From positions 1 to 40,170 of the forward strand of contig JASFJF010000001.1 of the NCBI GenBank assembly GCA_050122255.1: a DNA stretch of 40,170 bases. Direction: 5' to 3'. Positions 36,916-40,170 of the stretch are shown here, piece by piece. Under the pieces are notes generated by a model, which was not told the origin of the DNA, did not search any database, and saw only the letters and a program-made list of their open reading frames with translations. The DNA comes from Desulfobacterales bacterium (GTDB taxonomy: Bacteria; Desulfobacterota; Desulfobacteria; Desulfobacterales; JAHEIW01). The position numbers and the translations under genes are program-made. Within the stretch, counting starts at the first letter, position 1. Every line of letters begins with the position of its first letter.

Positions 36916-37112
36916 AGAACCTATCTCAAAAATGCGTCTAACGCCCATTGGTTGAGCCAGTTGCCCGTTTGCCCGTTCACCGGTTAAAAAATGAAATTAG
37001 GCCGGTCTTTCGCTTTTTCGGGCTCAACGGGCTAATCCCGTTTCACGAGGACCTTCGGCCGGCACAACTGGCCAATCGGAAAGCGTGATCCACTATTTTT
37101 GAGATAGGTTCT
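36916..37112. repeat. Perfect 18-bp inverted repeats bracketing a 161-nt structured core (hdrA-korD spacer element)
   Basis: agaacctatctcaaaaat (36916-36933) is the exact reverse complement of atttttgagataggttct (37095-37112). The interior has further complementary blocks (attgg/ccaat, ccagttg/caactgg, gttgagcc/ggctcaac). Confidence 0.85.
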
Positions 37113-37168
37113 CATGAGCCAATTTACACGTTTTTCAAACCCTTTCGATGAATAGTGAGTCCATTTAA

Positions 37169-37375
37169 ATGGCCAAGCCAAAATTAGAAAAACATCATAT
37201 CAATTCGGATTGGTGCAAGGGATGCGGTATATGTGTTGCGCTTTGTCCGAAAAAGGTCCTGGAATTAGACGATCATGAAAAGGTCTCGGCGTTGCGACCG
37301 CAGGACTGCATTTGCTGCAAGCTTTGTGAGCTTCGCTGCCCGGATCTGGCCATCGAGATCGAAACTAAAGAATAG
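37169..37375 (+). CDS. korD: 2-oxoacid (2-oxoglutarate-type):ferredoxin oxidoreductase delta subunit
   Basis: 68 aa with two CxxCxxCxxxCP motifs (CKGCGICVALCP, CICCKLCELRCP). First gene of a delta-alpha-beta-gamma cluster. Substrate is not determinable by eye. Confidence 0.8.
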   Translation: MAKPKLEKHHINSDWCKGCGICVALCPKKVLELDDHEKVSALRPQDCICCKLCELRCPDLAIEIETKE

Positions 37376-37384
37376 GCGTTTGAT

Positions 37385-38533
37385 ATGAGTGAAAACATAA
37401 AATTTGTCCAAGGCAACGAAGCCTGTGCGGAAGCGGCCGTGTATGCCGGGCTCAATTTTTATGCCGGCTATCCGATTACGCCCTCTTCGGAAATCACTGA
37501 ATTTTTGGCCTCACGACTGCCACAAATTGGCGCCAAGTTTATGCAGATGGAAGATGAAATTTCATCGCTGTGTGCCATCATCGGTGCTTCTCTGACCGGT
37601 TGCAAGGTGATGACCGCCACCAGTGGGCCTGGTTTTTCGCTTATGCAGGAAGCTCTGGGATATGCCATCATGGCTGAAATTCCGTGTGTGATTGTCAACG
37701 TGCAGCGTGGTGGACCGTCCACCGGGCTGCCAACCCACGGCAGCCAGGGTGATGTGAATCAAGCCCGCTGGGGAACTCACGGCGACCATGCCATCATTGC
37801 GCTTACGGCTTCCAACCACCAGGATATATTTGCGCTGACCGTCGAGGCGTTTAATCTGGCCGAGATTTACCGCACGCCGGTTATTTTGCTGCTCGACGAG
37901 GTGGTTGCCCATATGCGGGAGCGACTCGTCATTCCGCAATCCGGTGAAATGGCTCTTGTCGAGCGGCTGAAAACCGGCGTCAAAGAAGGCGTCGACTATC
38001 ATCCCTATCTGCCGCGTGAAGATGGCCGTTTGCCGATGTCCGATTTTGGTGGCGTTCATCGATTCAACGTGACCGGGCTTTTTCACGATATGTGGGGATT
38101 TCCGTCCAGCGATTCCAGAGCCGTGCATGGTTTGCTGCGGCATCTGGTCGATAAAATTGAAAATCGGGTGAATCAACTTGCGCGCTACAAGGAGTATTAT
38201 ATCGAGGATGCCAAGCACCTGCTATTGTCTTACGGCTCGTCGGCCCGTTCGGCCCGCCATGTCGTCGAAAAAAGAAGATCGCGGGGCGAACGGCTGGGCC
38301 TGCTGGAATTGCAAACCCTCTGGCCGTTTCCTTTTGAAATCGTCCGCGAAAAATGCGCTGCGGCCCAATCAGTGATCGTGGTTGAGCAGAACATGGGGCA
38401 GGTTCTTCAATCTGTGAAACTGGCAATGGATGAACCCGATAAGGTGTTTCTAGCCAATCGCATTGACGGTGTTTTTATTATGCCGTCTGATATTATGAAT
38501 ATCCTGCGGTTGATCCAGGGTAAGGGGGTATAA
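37385..38533 (+). CDS. korA: 2-oxoacid:ferredoxin oxidoreductase alpha subunit
   Basis: FYAGYPITPSSE, TATSGPGFSLM, NVQRGGPSTGLPT. 382 aa. Confidence 0.9.
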   Translation: MSENIKFVQGNEACAEAAVYAGLNFYAGYPITPSSEITEFLASRLPQIGAKFMQMEDEISSLCAIIGASLTGCKVMTATSGPGFSLMQEALGYAIMAEIPCVIVNVQRGGPSTGLPTHGSQGDVNQARWGTHGDHAIIALTASNHQDIFALTVEAFNLAEIYRTPVILLLDEVVAHMRERLVIPQSGEMALVERLKTGVKEGVDYHPYLPREDGRLPMSDFGGVHRFNVTGLFHDMWGFPSSDSRAVHGLLRHLVDKIENRVNQLARYKEYYIEDAKHLLLSYGSSARSARHVVEKRRSRGERLGLLELQTLWPFPFEIVREKCAAAQSVIVVEQNMGQVLQSVKLAMDEPDKVFLANRIDGVFIMPSDIMNILRLIQGKGV

Positions 38534-38537
38534 GGCG

Positions 38538-39341
38538 ATGGCGCTAAAGGCATATTTGCGAGAACGATTTTTTCCACATCTCTGGTGTCCGGGTTGCGGC
38601 CATGGCATGGTTTTAAACGGCCTGCTGCAAGCCATTGAAAAAATGGGACTCAGTCGCAACGAGATCGTCATGGTCTCGGGTATCGGCTGTTCGTCGCGCA
38701 TCACCGGTTATGTGGACTTTCACACCCTGCATACGATTCATGGTCGGGCGCTGGCTTTTGCAACTGGCGTTAAAATGGCTCGCCCGGAACTCAATTTAAT
38801 TGTGCCCATGGGTGATGGTGATGCCCTGGCCATCGGGGGCAATCATTTTATTCATGCGGCGCGCCGCAACATCGACATTACTGCCATTGTCATGAACAAC
38901 CGGATCTATGGTATGACGGGCGGCCAGTTTTCCCCGCTTTCGGGTGAAAATGTCAACGCAACGACGGCACCTTATTTGACCATTGACCCCGCCTTCGACG
39001 TTGTGGAGCTGTCCAAAGCAGCCGGTGCCACATTTGTGGCGCGGACCACAACCTATCACATCAAACAGATGACCGATATAATACGGCAGGCCATTTTGCA
39101 CGAGGGCTTTTCAGTGGTCGAAATTTTCTCGCAGTGCCCCACTTATTTCGGCCGTAAAAACAAGGCCGGTGATGCCGTCGATATGATTGACTACTACAGG
39201 AAAAACACGACCCCGATCGGCTCAAAAGCCAAAAAAGAAAACCCGAATCTGATCGAACGCGGAATTTTTGTCCAGCAAGAGAAGCCGGAATATTGCAACC
39301 AATATGAGCAGCTGGTGCAAAAGACAATGAAAGGTCGCTAA
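38538..39341 (+). CDS. korB: 2-oxoacid:ferredoxin oxidoreductase beta (TPP-binding) subunit
   Basis: LWCPGCGHG and GDGDALAIGGNHFIHAARRNIDITAIVMNNRIYGMTGGQ. Confidence 0.9.
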   Translation: MALKAYLRERFFPHLWCPGCGHGMVLNGLLQAIEKMGLSRNEIVMVSGIGCSSRITGYVDFHTLHTIHGRALAFATGVKMARPELNLIVPMGDGDALAIGGNHFIHAARRNIDITAIVMNNRIYGMTGGQFSPLSGENVNATTAPYLTIDPAFDVVELSKAAGATFVARTTTYHIKQMTDIIRQAILHEGFSVVEIFSQCPTYFGRKNKAGDAVDMIDYYRKNTTPIGSKAKKENPNLIERGIFVQQEKPEYCNQYEQLVQKTMKGR

Positions 39342-39343
39342 TC

Positions 39344-39883
39344 ATGGAAAGATGCAGAATGGTATTTTCAGGCTCGGGCGGGCAGGGGGTCATCACGGCA
39401 GCCATCATTCTGGCCGAAGCAGCCGTGATTTACAACGGGCTAAATGCCGTCCAATCTCAATCCTATGGGGCCGAGGCCCGCGGGGGGGCAACCCGTTCCG
39501 ATATCATTATCTCCGACACGGTCATCCACTATCCAAAAGTCATTCAACCCAATGTGCTCGTCTGCCTGACTCAGGAAGCCTACAATAAATTTTATTCGAT
39601 TATTCGGCCGGGAGGTCTGTTGATCAGCGATACGCGCTACGTCCAAACCGAAAAAAAAGTTGATGCCCAGCAGAAAGAAATTGCCATGTATGATTCTGTC
39701 ATTGACAAAATCGGCAAACCGATTGTTTTCAATATTTGCATGCTCGGGGCCGTCATTGCCATCACCGAATTGATCGATCCCGAATCCATTATGAAAGCGC
39801 TGGAAAATCGGATTCCACCAGATTTTTTAGAAATGAATCGGCAGGCGCTGGATATTGGGATGGCGCTGGGGAAAGCCACCTAA
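39344..39883 (+). CDS. korC: 2-oxoacid:ferredoxin oxidoreductase gamma subunit
   Basis: FSGSGGQGVITAA...SYGAEARGGATRSD, the gamma/catalytic-domain family. Starts 2 nt after the korB stop. ATG 39359 is an alternative start. Confidence 0.85.
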   Translation: MERCRMVFSGSGGQGVITAAIILAEAAVIYNGLNAVQSQSYGAEARGGATRSDIIISDTVIHYPKVIQPNVLVCLTQEAYNKFYSIIRPGGLLISDTRYVQTEKKVDAQQKEIAMYDSVIDKIGKPIVFNICMLGAVIAITELIDPESIMKALENRIPPDFLEMNRQALDIGMALGKAT

Positions 39884-39920
39884 AATCGGCTTTAGGCCAT
39901 TATTTTATAAAGATGAGATC

Positions 39921-40170
39921 TTACCAGAGTCGTTGTGCAAGTTTTTGCGGCAGACCGGCCGCCTTCATTTTTTCAACTACCGCCGCGATGTCATAGTCCA
40001 CAAACTTGACGTCAACCGTTTCTGCGACTGAGTCCCAGATCAGATACTTGGCTTTGTTGTTTCCGTCCCGGGGCTGTCCGACGCTGCCGGCACTGATGAT
40101 ATATTTGCGACCACTGTCCAACCTGTTGAGGCCTTCTTTGAGCCTGGCGCTAACCAGGCCCTGACGGCCA
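39921..40170 (-). CDS. Metallophosphoesterase family protein, C-terminal part (gene runs off the window end)
   Basis: The frame stays open from 40121 to 40170 (GRQGLVSARLKEGLNR precedes the track start). The motif AGSVGQPRDGNNKA is typical of YfcE/MJ0936-type phosphoesterases. Confidence 0.6.
   Translation of the reverse strand, partial: GRQGLVSARLKEGLNRLDSGRKYIISAGSVGQPRDGNNKAKYLIWDSVAETVDVKFVDYDIAAVVEKMKAAGLPQKLAQRLW

Noticed and set aside
37562-38218. Long antisense or alternate-frame ORFs inside strong genes (37562-38218, 24559-25173, 35201-35698, 27795-28292, 20544-21032, 6623-7207, 1794-2255 and many shorter ones)
   Set aside because: Each lies entirely within a confidently identified gene on the other strand or frame. 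Their products are Arg/Gly/Pro-rich and low-complexity with no recognisable motifs or RBS. This is the typical shadow-ORF pattern.

Overview
This 40.2-kb chromosomal segment looks, from gene content alone, like an anaerobic sulfate-reducer-type Desulfobacterota (Desulfobacterales-like) genome. That assignment is unverified inference. I saw no transposase, integrase, phage, CRISPR or recognisable defence genes.

Positions 1-23,600 are ordinary housekeeping genes on both strands:
- yajC, rng, leuS-lptE, rpsT, murJ-ftsB and an lptA-like gene
- initiator tRNA-Met, a DUF167 gene and hldE
- an aminotransferase-hom-thrH operon
- purM, tsaD, nagZ, a PAS-GGDEF-EAL protein and mltG

The exception in this half is a small operon at 9106-10263. 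It pairs an Arg-repeat protein with a SLOG-fold fusion protein.

Positions 23,670-39,900 form one plus-strand redox island, which is the most interesting part of the window. It contains three blocks:
1. A tightly packed operon. It encodes a 2-oxoacid:ferredoxin oxidoreductase (delta, alpha, fused beta-gamma), a 1239-aa HdrA/GltD/MvhD mosaic protein (HdrL-like), and a soluble HdrD-type CCG protein.
2. A cytoplasmic GAF-GAF histidine kinase and a receiver-only response regulator.
3. An HdrA-MvhD fusion followed by a second, paralogous four-gene OFOR cluster. The ORF track splits this hdrA at an in-frame UGA that replaces the conserved Cys of the CSxC motif, so I read it as selenocysteine with a candidate SECIS hairpin.

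The linkage suggests soluble OFOR-Hdr electron-bifurcating or confurcating complexes. I am not aware that such a complex has been characterised.

Three intergenic spacers (after leuS, between kinase and regulator, between hdrA and korD) carry long inverted repeats. They share a GGTTC/GAACC-containing core. One has perfect 18-bp arms.

All calls come from reading the translations and sequence by eye. No database search was run.
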